A DNA stretch of 64,000 bases, from assembly GCF_001194135.2 (NCBI RefSeq), contig NC_068982.1:114704823-114768822 (forward strand). Direction: 5' to 3'. The DNA comes from Octopus bimaculoides. Its lineage: Eukaryota. Made by a program: the position numbers and the translations under genes. This document shows, piece after piece, positions 37,201 to 50,420 of this stretch. The first letter of the stretch is position 1. Each line of letters starts with the position of its first letter. The notes under the pieces were generated by a model, which was not told where the DNA came from, did not search any database, and saw only the letters and a program-made list of their open reading frames with translations.

Positions 37201-38864
37201 ATGAACACTACCTGTACCTGTATTAATGTAACAATAAATATGTTCATATAATTAAAACGAACCTTCTCCCTGAATATGCAATAGTACTATAATTATCAGA
37301 ATATAAGCTAGCGTCAGTGAGAACATGACAATTAGTGGGACAAAAATTTACTAGATCCGCAAAATAATGAAGTGTGTCTAACCATAGTTTTCCTTATACT
37401 CCTCATACAAATAGTCTACTTTGTACCTGATAGCTTCTGTTAAAATGGGTCACTTAACTGACTATTGTTATTCCCAAAATTTCCTGTGATAATTTTTAAG
37501 ATTTGCCCATCACACTTCCCGATAGCTCTCATAAATTTTGCTATTCAATTAGTGTCAGTTACTTGATCAAACTTTCACTGATATTGTATTTTTTATTCGT
37601 GGTACTTTTGTCTTCCTCTGAGCAATAGACCGTGTAGCATTCCTTCAATTGTTTTATTGCTTTTACTTTATTTGTATTACTTCTCTTTCTGTGCTTGTTT
37701 GTTTGTTTTTTAATAATTCGCGCGTTAAAATCAGATAAATCTTTTGAGATGAGGGGAAAAATCAGGAAGTCTTTGATCAAACTGTAACTCGTACAAAGAC
37801 TCAAAAGAAAATATAAAATTTATTGTTTCATGTAAAATTATCTTCATGGACAAGAATTTTGTAATAGGCAGAAAGGAAATTAATGACTTTCACAGATGTT
37901 GGTTCCTGGTTACCTCAGACATATTTCTACTTATTGATTGCTGTACTGTTTCACTCGACATGACTGCGAACAGTTTTATCGACCAATCACTCCTCTCAGA
38001 ACCTTTAAAAGCTAATAAATCTCATCAATTGATGTCAACCTGACTACTAAACTTACTCACAGCATACTTCAGGGCAAAATTTTACAGATTCACTGATATT
38101 AATATGTCATATCCCTATTTGTTGTCGATTTAAGGACATCGACCTCTGCATAACAATGCAAGTTTAGTTGCAACATGTAACATTACAAAGATTCTTATAT
38201 CAATATATATACATACAACGAGAGTCAAAGGTAATATAACAGAATAGACATATTTGTTGCAGCAAAAATGTATATCTTCTATCTTTCTTTTATTTGGTTC
38301 AATCAATAGACTGCAGCTATGCTGGGACATCGCCTTGAAGAATTTTAATCGAACGAATTGGCCCCAATACATATTTTTTTAACTTAGTACTTATTCTATT
38401 GGTTCATTTTACCGAACCCGAATATCAAGGAACCTTTTTATCCTCATCATTTTTCACCATCCTCATCATTTTAACATCCACTTTTCCATCAAAAGTGTGT
38501 CAGCCACAACCATCCAGTCTTTCCTTTTCAGAGATTCAGTGATACAGCATACAGACCACATTGTCTAATCTCTTTTATAGTATAAGCACAAGGCCAGAAG
38601 TTCATGGGGAGGGGCTAATCGATTACATTGACTCCAGTGCTTGACTAGGCTGCTATTTCTAGCTTGGTTCATTTTGTTTTGTTTGAAGCAGGGGCAGAGT
38701 TTTTCCTATATTTTTTATTCATCCTCACCAGACTAAAAAGTATCTTTGATATTGTTATAGCCATCAATATTGTTTCACCCCAAGTCAGAAACAGTTTCAC
38801 CTTGATCAGAAATCAAGCAGATCTAAAAATCCCTTTTGCTACAGGCACAGCGCCTGAAATTTCC

Positions 38865-38975
38865 GTAAGGATGAAAGGCAAAATCGACCTCGGTGGAATT
38901 TGAACCCGCAACGTGTAGCCAGAAGAAATGCCGCTAAGCATTTTGTCCGACACGCTAACGATTCTGCCAGTTCGT
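38865..38975 (-). mobile_element. SINE family A, 5' fragment
   Basis: GGATGAAAGGCAAAATCGACCTCGG...ACGATTCTGCCAG. Confidence 0.7.
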
Positions 38976-39474
38976 AACCTACTACATTAGCCATGACTCA
39001 CTAATTTAGCTAAATAGGTGCAAGGGACGGTCCGGCCTTGAAGCCTATACTTTTTTTTTTTCTGTGCCTCACTTTTTTATGTATAATGTGTTTGTCATTT
39101 TACAAACACAAGGGCCGCTCTAAACAGCATAAACACTCCTTGTGACACTGAAGTGATAATCTCGTCTTTTTAATGATCTCTAAGATAGNNNNNNNNNNNN
39201 NNNNNNNNNNNNNNNNNNNNNNNNNNNNNNNNNNNNNNNNNNNNNNNNNNNNNNNNNNNNNNNNNNNNNNNNNNNNNNNNNNNNNNNNNNNNNNNNNNNN
39301 NNNNNNNNNNNNNNNNNNNNNNNNNNNNNNNNNNNNNNNNNNNNNNNNNNNNNNNNNNNNNNNNNNNNNNNNNNNNNNNNNNNNNNNNNNNNNNNNNNNN
39401 NNNNNNNNNNNNNNNNNNNNNNNNNNNNNNNNNNNNNNNNNNNNNNNNNNNNNNNNNNNNNNNNNNNNNNNNNN

Positions 39475-39790
39475 TTTTATTTGCTTTTTTCATTTTAAAT
39501 TTGCTTTAACCCTAACCCTAACCCTAACCCTAACCCTACGGTTAGGGTTAATTGTTTCAGAATCGTTTGTTTATGTAGTCGGCACTTAATGTATATCGGC
39601 TGAATGGACGTCAGTGATTGGTTGAAATTACAGAAATACGACAACTTTAACATGGAATAATTTATGGATTTCTTTTTTTTTTAAGAAGACTAAGAGAAAA
39701 AGATGTTTTATATGACACATTCTACCAGTGTTCCAAGTTTCAAAGTGTTTCGTTAATGAAAAATGTGGCCCCCGTTTTAAAAAAGATCCG
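39475..39790. mobile_element. Second copy (right arm) of the telomeric-repeat MITE family
   Basis: (TAACCC)5 followed by GTTAGGGTTA, then GACGTCAGTGATTGGTTGAAATTAC.GAAATACGAC and the terminus AAAGATCCG, all shared with 14216-14926. The left part is lost in the N-gap 39189-39474. Confidence 0.75.
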
Positions 39791-40018
39791 TCCTTTCTTA
39801 TTTGAAGCAGTAAGTTGTGATTTATGGTAGATTTAGCCGCCACTTCTAGGAGATTGAGCAATTACAAGGTCCCGTAAGTGGTTCATTGCAACTTACATAT
39901 TGACAAATTATACTGAGTGTATTATATATAATATAATAAATAATTTCTAACGTTGGGTGAAGGCCATAATTTTGTAAAGACGAATTATTTCTGTAAGAAC
40001 TTCCAGATATTAATTGTT

Positions 40019-40655
40019 TCAATAATTATGATAGAATGAAGGCAACAAGGTGGTAGAACCGTTAGCATGTTATGCAAAGTGCTTAGCGGAAATTCGTCCG
40101 TCTTTACGGTATAAATTCAAATTCCGCTGAGGTCGACTTTGCCTTTCACCTTTTCGGAGGTCGATAAAATTATCGCTCTTTGAACTCCCCGATCGATGTA
40201 ATCGATTTATACCCCTCCCCGAAACTACTGGCCTTGTGCCAAAATTTGAAATCAATAATTATGATAGAATGAAAGTGGCGAGCTGGCAGAATCGTCAGCA
40301 TGCTGGGCAAAATGCTTAGCGGCATTCTTTCTGGTCCGTACCCTCCCCTGTCGCCGTTAAATAGATTACTGGAACTTCGGTTACTATGACTAGACCTGAG
40401 ACGAATACTGAAGAAGTTTCCCGTTGCCTTCTCCAAGTAGGTAGGATTTGAACTCAGAATGTTGAGAGTCGGAAAATATACCATAAAATCTTTCTGCAGA
40501 TGCGCCAACGATTCTGCCAGTCTCCCACCCGCAAAGGTACGTAAAATGAAGTGTTTTGTTCAAGAACACAACGCGCCGCCCGGTTGAGGAATCGAACTCA
40601 CAATTTAGTGATCGTGGGTGCAACACTCTAAACACCAGGCCACGCACCTTGACCT
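40019..40655. mobile_element. SINE pile-up: family A (+) with 22-bp TSD, family A head (+), family A (-), family B head (-)
   Basis: TCAATAATTATGATAGAATGAA at 40019-40040 and 40252-40273 brackets a family A copy. Further fragments at about 40275-40330, 40430-40525 and 40545-40650. Confidence 0.75.
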
Positions 40656-40727
40656 GAAGAATTTTACCATACAGGTAATCAGTGATTTCATCAGCCACCA
40701 AAGACACTAGAACATCAAGGTGAAATA

Positions 40728-41583
40728 GGTTTCTTTATTAGCCACACAGGGCTCAACACAGAGGGGACAAAATACAAATGTAGAGTTTTTCTTTTCGAGG
40801 GGATCGAAAACAAAGCAGAAAAAAAACAAAAGTGGGGACAACGATGAAAAAAAACATCGCAAAACGTTTGGGGTATTTACAAAAAATACGAAATAATACA
40901 AAAAATTCCCAATAAATGGGGAGGTTATCCGTGGAAAGAAAAACCTACGAAAAGACCACGGTAACCTCGGTCTTTAGCGTCACAGTTTGTTAAATAAAAT
41001 TTCTTTTATTTAAGCAAGAAACGTGAGTAACTCTCTGTTTACAAAATTTTAAAACGTTTTATNNNNNNNNNNNNNNNNNNNNNNNNNNNNNNNNNNNNNN
41101 NNNNNNNNNNNNNNNNNNNNNNNNNNNNNNNNNNNNNNNNNNNNNNNNNNNNNNNNNNNNNNNNNNNNNNNNNNNNNNNNNNNNNNNNNNNNNNNNNNNN
41201 NNNNNNNNNNNNNNNNNNNNNNNNNNNNNNNNNNNNNNNNNNNNNNNNNNNNNNNNNNNNNNNNNNNNNNNNNNNNNNNNNNNNNNNNNNNNNNNNCACC
41301 AGATGCATTCTTTGGCCATAGCCACAAGTACGATAAATACAGCTCTTCCTTCCCGTTTAAAGGAAGGAGGCGTGACGATATTGACGATAGACTCGGTTGA
41401 TAAACCGACTCGTCCCACACGCGACAGCAGTCGTTCGACATAAGCCCACAGCTCCGAAATGGTTGGACACTGCACGAGTGCGTGCAGAACGGTTTCATCG
41501 CTCTGACCGCATCTCGGGCAGGTCGGCCCCGCATTTCGCGAGCCGTGTCTATAGAGCTTATCCCGAACGGGTAGCGCCTCTCG
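40728..41583 (-). mobile_element. 5'-truncated Tx1/L1-clade LINE, recent insertion with 10-bp TSD
   Basis: Uninterrupted frame REALPVRDKLYRHGSRNAGPTCPRCGQSDETVLHALVQCPTISELWAYVERLL...AKECIW (zf-RVT CxxC-H-C, 41583-41297). It ends in AATAAAGAAACC. Exact direct repeat AGGTGAAATA at 40718-40727 and 41584-41593. An N-gap lies inside the element. Confidence 0.85.
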
Positions 41584-42199
41584 AGGTGAAATAACGACTT
41601 ATTGTACATAGAACCCTCTTTCTGAGACTGCGGAACTAAGTCATTAAATATGCTAACGTTGACTCAACTATTAAAAAAATTAGAATAAAATGGAGGTTGG
41701 AACTTAATGAAGTTAGTTAATTTTAATTAATTATAAAAAAAATTAATACTTGTTTACTTCATCAAGTGGTGGAAACAATCATTATCTTAATTACTAATAG
41801 TGGTGGAAAAGAGCATGGGAGACAACCCCGAAATTTTGATTACACATTTACTCAGCTAAACAAATAATCATTTTTTCCGATGCCTTGTTGAATATTTATT
41901 CGACTTCATTATCATCATCGTCGTCGTCGTCAACGTTTTAATATTTGTTTTGTTTTCTATACTGAAATTAGATGAAGAGGTTTGCAACACTCATCCCAAT
42001 CATTCATCAGCCCATTTGAGAAACCCGTCTTCCTATGGTATGACCTCAGAACGACTTCCTCATCCCTAACAGTACATACCCATTTCCAATTAGCATTCAT
42101 CAACCGTCCATATCATATGCTTATACCATTGCCGTCGTCACTCCATAATTATTTAAAGTTCAGAAACCGGGATGCGCGCCAACCCAGACTGTTTGGTTA

Positions 42200-42410
42200 C
42201 TCGATTTCTCGAGTTGGTTCCTGCGTGTCGTGTTCTCTTCTCTGAAAAGCCGGCTGGGTTAACGACTCGTATTATTGGTCGACTACATGGTCAAGGCGGA
42301 TGAGGAAGATCTCGCAGAGATGGTGACTGACTGGGACAGTGCTTGGAGGGATGCTCAAGACGATCCGAGCAAATACCGAAAATGATGAATGCAGCGATTC
42401 ACTGCAACGG
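42200..42410 (+). mobile_element. Possible RTE 3'-end remnant
   Basis: CpG-rich patch translating IIGRLHGQGG*GRSRRD, similar to the G.RGRGR.R motif at RTE C-termini. Confidence 0.3.
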
Positions 42411-42749
42411 CACATGCGCCCATACCTAACCTAACCAGCTATTCTTAATTCACCTGCATTCTTATATATATATAAGATGTTAGAGTCTGATTTGAGGAAG
42501 TTTTGATAACTGTTTCCAGTAGGTTAAGTTACTGAGTCGGTGCTATCTGCTTGGCTCTGCTAGATGAAAAACGTGTTGTTTTCAACGAGTATAACAGCTC
42601 TCTGAATTTTTAATCCTTCTTTTAACGGCTCTGAACTTCTACACTTTTCTGTTCAACCTAATACACTTTCACTACAACCATCCTACGTACAGGTTATGTC
42701 AATTAGGTTACACAGCTTAATTTCATATGGGATTCTACTGCCAACTGCT

Positions 42750-42880
42750 CCGTACATGTGGCGCAACTGAAGTTCTAGTTCCTGGCTCCCTGATCAATCT
42801 GCTACAGATCTCACTGCACTTTTTGTCTACCCATTGCTCGAACGGAGTACACAATATCAATTTCCCTGACTACGCTTCCT
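42750..42880 (-). mobile_element. Short RTE LINE remnant (Cys-rich insert region)
   Basis: LCTPFEQWVDKKCSEICSRLIREP resembles the C..C..WVHKRCSGI.GRL segment of RTE ORFs. Confidence 0.45.
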
Positions 42881-43689
42881 ACATATATGAAAGTGGTATT
42901 CCGGCGTAAATAAAACAACCTAAAGAACTAAGGAGATACTATACACTGCTTCTCCTTTCCTAGATAACAATGAGATTTTCTCATCTACCAGATGAGTATA
43001 TTCTGTAATCAGTTTTCAGCTTCTAACTACTACGAAACTCTTACATTATATATTTTTATATAAACGTCATATATTTCAACATAAACAGAATTTCATCTGT
43101 TTAATTTAAACTTGGAACTAACACGCTTTCTCTCTAAATACAAATAAATTATACCTTTCCTCAATCAACGTTTGATGTAATCTGTTATGTGTGTATAAAC
43201 ATATGATGTAATCTATTAAGTGTATATAAACATATCGTGTCTTGTTATGAAGAATGCCTCGTGTTAAAACCTATGTTAATGCGTGCATGTGAAAAGGAGC
43301 ACAACTGTTTTTATAACTAGACAAAATGCTAATAAGGTGATACGTCTAATTCAGAAAACCTATGGTAGATAAAACAGGCTTGGGGAAAATCTATGGAAAC
43401 CTAAAAACACGCGTCTTCTTCCAGACTATGGTAGATTGTAAACAATCACCACAGCAACACAAAATATTATATGTTTGTAAATATATAAAAGATTCTACAT
43501 ATTATGTAAGGTGAATTTTATAATTAATCTTTATCAATCCTTGTCAAATCATCTATACATTCTGCACATAACTAATTAAGATTCTATGCCAAATTCGGAA
43601 ACGACACAAGACCAATAGTGTTTACATACATGTAGAAGTCAGTTGCCGAACATATTTAAATATTTCTGTCAAAATCAGTTGGTAAGAGA

Positions 43690-44110
43690 ATATGTATGGG
43701 CGGACAACCGTTTTGAAATTTACGTTTCTACCCAAATTATTAAACTTGCGCCTATAGTTGTCTGCTAAAAATCCATCTCCTTGCCTTATTATTTTCTTAT
43801 TTACTTCCGTCCCATGGTCCGTCCTTAGATAGATTCATAAGTATATCAGTTTTCCTAAAAAACGGTTACTCACTCTTTGCCCAACTCTTCTCCATTTCTG
43901 TGGGAAAATGATACAGTGAGTAGTTGCGCACGCGCACATACACACACACACACACACATTGAATTATCAACTTAATTAGGGAAGACTACTCAAATATATA
44001 TTACAATATATGGTTAATTTAAACAATATTATTTCGCGGTTCGTGTTTCATGTCACAACGATCTTCAGGTGAGAACTGTTACAAGTCGGTGAGGTGGTTT
44101 ATTTCTATTC
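43690..44110. promoter_or_regulatory. Promoter-like patch at the edge of a CpG-depleted domain
   Basis: GGGCGG (about 43698), ACTTCCG (43803-43809), ACCATGG on the minus strand (ATG at 43815) followed by AA|gtaaat, and a plus-strand CAG|gtgaga donor at about 44068. Confidence 0.3.
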
Positions 44111-45529
44111 GTTAAGTGAGAGTGGTTTTCCTCTGTTTGTGTCTGCTCATTGGTTTATTTTGCCCATTGCTTTTTTTTTTTTTATTCGTCCGTAGATTAT
44201 CTTTTCTGGTCTTTCCATTGGTTATTGTTTTGTGGCCTTTCGTTGAATTTGTTACAGACGACGTGTATTTGAATTTCTGTATTTTGTTTTGTTCTTTTAT
44301 TTTCATTTGTTGTTTATTTATTAATTTATCTTTTAATGTCTCTGCTCTTATAGCTACTGACAATGTTGCTGCTGCTGCTACTACTACTGCTACTATTGCT
44401 ACTGCTTCGTCCATTTTGAGACAAATAGATATCATATCCTGTAGATTTCAATTAATAAACATTACAGAATCTGTTATGAAACTATTTCTGGCGCATTAAA
44501 GAAGTTCTGGTTCCACATCAGCAAGAGAACACATGTTGTGACTGTTCCTTTTTAGTTTTAGTGCTTTTACTCTGAAGAGAAGTACCTTTGATCCTTTACA
44601 GGGCCTCTGAGAGTGGTAAGAAAGGAGGAGGAAATTGTTCTCAAACTGGGGACCTGATCTGAATGCTAGCAACAGAGAGGACTCCATTAAAAGAAGCCCA
44701 AGGTACAAGGTGATAGTATTAATCTGGGCAATTAAGTCTAACACTCAAGGTGAAGTCTAACACTCAAGATTGTTGTTGTCGTTACTTTTGTCATTGCTGC
44801 TGGTAGTGTCTTTGTCATTGTTGTTGATTAACCCCATGACAACCGTGACTGAGTGGATGTATGATTGAAGACATTCCCATCATGATCATGAAATCTTTTT
44901 TGTATATCAAACACTATATGGTCCAAAGTGCCCTTATCTGTGAAGACGAGTCCAATTCGAAGGTTACAACAAAAACAATTTCCTCATTGATTCAGTCAAA
45001 TCACTCAGAGATTCACAATATATGTATATTGCTACACTAGCACTGTAAATATACTTTGGAATATTGTCTTATTCCAAGTGGAATCCTTCAAGTATTTATG
45101 TTTTATTTTGGAACCTGCTTAATAAAGTTTAGTCACTCTTTCTTCAGAACAATTTTATATATTTTCATGAACACCAAGATAATTGTACACCCATGTATTT
45201 GTGAATGTTCATTTATATAAGTCTATAGATATGTAGAGAGGAGAAATAATGTAAAATTCCCCACATGGTACTCCAATAAATAAAGGTACATGTTTGAAAG
45301 GTATCTCTAAATAAATATCAGTTCAAATACCATCCGTCAAGGAAAAGATTTTGTTGTGATATTCATGTACTGCCCATAGTTGTTAGAATTAGTGAAATAG
45401 TTCTATTTAAAGTCAAACGTTGATCAAAGACTGAGTAAACTCAGAACTTAGCACCTCCCCCTTCATACATAGAGAATTTATGAATATGAGAAAACATGCC
45501 AAGCTAAGTGAACTTGTAATAGCCTTTGC

Positions 45530-45820
45530 ATACAGACATGTCCCCTGCATCTGTCTTCAGCTGAGTGATCCTAACCTTGTGGGATTGTGATTGCTGGTGC
45601 CACATAAAAAGCACCCATGGCAGTGCCATGTAAATGCACACATGCAAGTACTGTGTAAGAGCACCCAGACATTGTGTAAAAGAAGGGCATCCAGCTGTAA
45701 AAACCATGCCAAAACAGACATGGAGCCCAGGCAGCTCTTCAGCTGGCCAACTCCTGTGAAACTGTCCAACCCATGCCAGCATGAAGAACAAAAGTTAGAT
45801 GATGATGATGATGATGATGA
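45530..45820 (+). mobile_element. SINE family D, (GAT)n-tailed
   Basis: AAAAAGCACCC...GAAGGGCATCCAGCTGTAAAAAC...GTCCAACCCATGCCAGCATG then (GAT)n. Further copies at about 46365-46640 (+), 50590-50710 (+), 53970-54020 (-), 55900-56000 (-) and 63880-64000 (-). Confidence 0.75.
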
Positions 45821-48800
45821 GGAGGAGGAGGAGGAGGAGGAGGAGGAAAATATATGTAGCCTATATAGTAAATACATAAATAGGGCAAATTTAATTATTT
45901 CTCTATATATTAAAAAAAATAATGATTTTTTTTAACCCATGATGAGGAATATTGAATGTAGAAAATGCATGAGAAAGAGTGAGTCCACTCCAAGACTGCC
46001 CAAGCTGACAGCAGCATGATAAATAGTGTGATTAAGGAAATGAAGGTAGGGAAAATAACTGGTCCATCAAGGATAGTTGTTGTAACATTCAAAATATAAA
46101 GAAAGATAGTTGAATTTGCCCTGTTCATACATCTAATACATAGGTTACACACACACACACACATAAATTCTTTACATGAAATACATCTTTATGCCACCCA
46201 CCAAATAGGGCGGGGTTGACTTTTAAATGAGATTGACTTTTATTCTAGTATATATATAGTTAGTTGATGTGTGTGTATTTCTGCATGAAAGAGTACCCAA
46301 TGAACTTCTTGAGTTGTGTATTCAATATGCTATGTGCATTTTGTTAGGCATTTGATGAACACGTTTTGAGCAGTGACAGAGTAAATCATCAGCTTTGAAT
46401 GAACCATTTGAGCATGGTCGATGCCAGTACCACCTGACTGGCCCTCATGCCGGTGACACGTAAAAGCACCCACTACACTCTCGGAGTGGTTGGCATTAGG
46501 AAGGGCATCCAGCTGTAAAAATTTTGCCAGATCAGATTGGAGCCTGGTGCAGCCTTCTGGCTCGCCAGCCCCCAATCAAACCGTCCAACCCATGCCAGCA
46601 TGGAAAGGGGACGTTAAAGGACGATGATGATGATGATGATGATATATGCACGTACACACACACACACTTATATATACACACACTTACACACACATGAGTA
46701 ATTGTGAAGTAAACTTCTTCATGCTGCATCCGCTTTATGCAGCACAGCCGTATGCTTAAGAAGTTTGCTTTGCAATCACAAGATCTCTAGTTCAAATCAA
46801 ATGCAAAGGTTGACACAAGCCCCTTGTGACTATACAGAAGCCCATCAGATAGACAGTAGTTATCATTCAAAGATCTAGCCTTCTCATGCATTTTGTCATG
46901 CTGATTCTGTCTGAGAATTATGTTAAGGATACACATCTGTGAAAGGTTCAGTCCTTACATGCTAATTCAGCAAACAGGAGATTCAGTTGATCCAACAATT
47001 GAATACTTAGTGTCAAAACCAACAGAGAGCAATTTACTTATATATATATATATATACAAACATATAATGGGTTTTCACAGTTTCCACCTATTAGATTTCA
47101 CTCTCAAAATTTTGGTCAACCTAAGATTATTAGAGAAGACACTTCCCCACTGTGCTATGTCATGTCATCAAATCTGGTACAATGTGGATGTGAAATGAAC
47201 CCCTTATCTATACAATTTTCTTGGGTGAGCTGGGAATCAGAACCTTTGTTTCAAACATGATGTTTCAAGTTTTATAAGCACTACAAAATTATTATTGAGC
47301 AATAAAAAGTTTCTGTTGCAAATTCAACAGAGGAAAAATGCATATAAACAGGTGTACAAAAGAAAATAATCAAAAGATAAGCATGAAAACATGAAATCAA
47401 ATTAATACAATACTCCTTCCAAATTATCTTTGTATTTCATAACTATTTTCAGAAGTTTAATCATATCAGTACTTATTCAGTATTAAGAAATCTTGTATAA
47501 AATTTAGAGAAAAAAAAACAATGATATTGAAAAAAAAAAGCGCTATGTTATTTTGACAAAAAAAAAAGTTACAAGAAAATATATATTAATTTTTTTCAGT
47601 CATTGTTCCTCAGTATTCCTAGAATCACTATGTTAGTGTGGCATGCTGACTATAAAGAATAAATACAAGGGAAGTAACTGGCCAAAATGAAAGCTAAGTT
47701 CTATGAGACAAGGGAAATAATGAGAGCAAACGCTATAACTATCAATATGAATATTTAAACACATTTTATGAATTCAGATAAGTGCAGTGAAAGTTTATTT
47801 TAATGTATCACACAATACTCAGATATTTGAGTGCAGTAAACCATGAAAAACAAGGAAAAAATGTATGTGTGGATTCATTTCTCACATGTAGTAAATTAAC
47901 AGGTAAGCAATGAATTAACAGATTTTTTAGTGCACTGAATGGAATGCCTTGCAGTATTTGTTTCAGCTCTCTGCTCTGTGGGTTCAACTTTGGCATTAAT
48001 CCCAATCAGGATTTCAGTAAATAAATTACAGTTTAGGACAGTAGATTGGTAGAATATCAGAAAAGATAATTTGCAGTATCTCATCTGGCTGTTTGCATTT
48101 TGAATTCAAATTCCACAGACAATGACAAGGACTAAATTACCTACCAAAAGGACCATAATAGATTATGAAAGCTGCATGAGGTTGAAGAGTGTTGTGATCA
48201 TCTGCTACCACAGTCAACAATGATGATTCTCACATTCACACAGTATTATAAGCAATATATATATTTCCTAAGACATAAGGTCAATCTTTAAATGGGCAAG
48301 TATAGGATTGTTCCAATTAACCATGTTATTAGTGTGTGAACCCAGAACAATGAAGCATTCTGTCTTGTTGGGATACACCAGCCATCTCCACAATATTTTG
48401 GTATTGTTCACAAAGTGTGATGCAATAATATATAATTACTGAACCACTGCCATTTTTTTCCACGTCATAAAGGATATGAACAAAAACTAGACACAGGAAG
48501 AAATAGCATTGTGATGTGGGGTGGCTGGTGAATGAAAACAAAACTGTTTAATTGTTCTGAGTTCAAATCTCATTAGGTATGGGATTACTTGTCGATTACT
48601 TGTTGACAGCTACAGGCCTGGCTATGTGGTTAAGAAATTCATTTTAGAATTATGTGATTTTGAATTCAGTCCCACTGTGAAGCACCTTGGGCAAGTGTCT
48701 TCTGCTGTAATCCTGGACCAACAAGGTCTTGTCATTGGATTTGGCAGACATGCACTGTGAGGACACCTGTAGTGTGTGTGTGTGTGTGTGTGTGTATATT

Positions 48801-50052
48801 TATATATATATATAAACTTAATATATATTATATGTAAACTTAATATTACTAAACGTTGAAAGGAGTACAGCTAAGTATTCTGATGTAGATTCATACATAT
48901 CTCTTTTTTTTCCAGAATAAATTGAGTTATGATGGAGCAATGAATAAAATAAATCTATGTGCCACAAAAACATGAGTTATGAGGTCTCCAGCAAGGTTGG
49001 TGGGAGGTAAGAAGGAAGTAATCCTCAGACAAGAACCCGAGGATCAGGTGATGGTGTTAAATCAGGTGCTGGATTAAATCTACCACTCAACTGAGAAGCA
49101 TGTTGGAAGTTTGCAGATGAAGAACCCCTCAATATTATTCACAGCCTTTCAACACTTTTCATCACATTGTACATGAACCCTGCACAAACTCATCTTCTCC
49201 TCTTGGTACATGAATCTTAACATATTTCATATTTTTAAGTGACACAGACTTTTAATCCTAATTCAACAAAGTCTGTGATATGGAATCAAAAACTTTACAT
49301 TACTCTTTTTTTTAGCTTCAATGCTGGCAACAGAGTGGATTCACTAAAAGGTACCTGTGAGGTAACTGATGATGTTTAACAAGGTTTCAGTTAGGTTTTT
49401 ATCTTCAACCCAACATTTGGAATGGTTCCTCTGACAGATTTTCACAGTTTCCATTTATCTAATTTTTCTCACAAGGCTCTGCTTGACCAAAGGCTACAAC
49501 TAAAAGACACATACATGCTCAAGACGCATACCCAGTATGTAATTTGTGAATTATGATTTAATCACACACCATGATAGGTACAAGCATAGTTACGTGGTAA
49601 GAAATTTGCATAGTTTTCTTTCTTTTTTTTTTCTTTTAAAGAATCAGAAGGATACAAAGAGACTTTCATGTGATGTTCTTCAATGAGGTACACAGCTGTT
49701 TGGTACTGTATTCAAATCTGACAACAAAAACAAAGGGTTCTACTTCTACTTTATCATTGCATGAAGGACGTCCAGCAGTAAAGAACTACTACTTGAAAAA
49801 ATATCACTGCTATGCATAACATACCAGCTTCAAGAGATCTGAAAACCTGTCCCCAAATTCACTCCCTTACAGTTACATGAGCAAGCTGGCCTTAACAAAG
49901 AGTCTGAGGATGAGGTGGTTTCCTTGGTCTTGTTTCTTTAGTTAACTTGTAGTGACATACTAATGTTAAAAAAGGAGAAAAAATAATACAAAAGCACCCA
50001 AAGTTGGAAATACATTATCCAGATACTATAAATTAAAGTATATTATGCTGCA

Positions 50053-50420
50053 GGAATGGCTGTGTGGTAAGTAGCTTGCTTACCAATCACATGTTCCCAA
50101 GTTCAGTCCCACTGTGTGGCACCTTGGGCAAGTGTCTTCTACTATAACTTCAGGCTGACCAACGCCTTGTGAGTGGAATTGGTAGATGGAAACTGAAAGA
50201 AGCCCGTTGTATATGTATATATATATGTATGTGTGTGCATATGTTTGTGTGTTTGTGTTTATCCCCACAACATCACTTCACTACTGATGCTGGTGTGTTT
50301 ACGTTCCTGTAATTTAGCAGTTTGACAAAAGAGCCTGGTAGAATAAATATTAGGCTTACAAAGAGTAAGTCCTGGGGTCGATTTGCTTGACTGCATGGCT
50401 GCAATCAAATGACTAAAACA
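50053..50420 (+). mobile_element. SINE family C copy (CpG-decayed)
   Basis: GGCTGTGTGGTAAGTAGCTTGCT...GGCACCTTGGGCAAGTGTCTTCTACTATA. Other copies or fragments at about 4950-5095 (+), 47050-47200 (-), 48625-48800 (+) and 49430-49600 (-). Confidence 0.8.

Noticed and set aside
41297-41600. GC-rich segment as an rDNA fragment
   Set aside because: It translates cleanly as a Tx1/L1 zinc-finger region and has a TSD.
49320-49345. LCCQ as the missing Sep15 Cys-rich exon
   Set aside because: It lies downstream of the last exon, and the surrounding frame has no CxxC or other Sep15 similarity.
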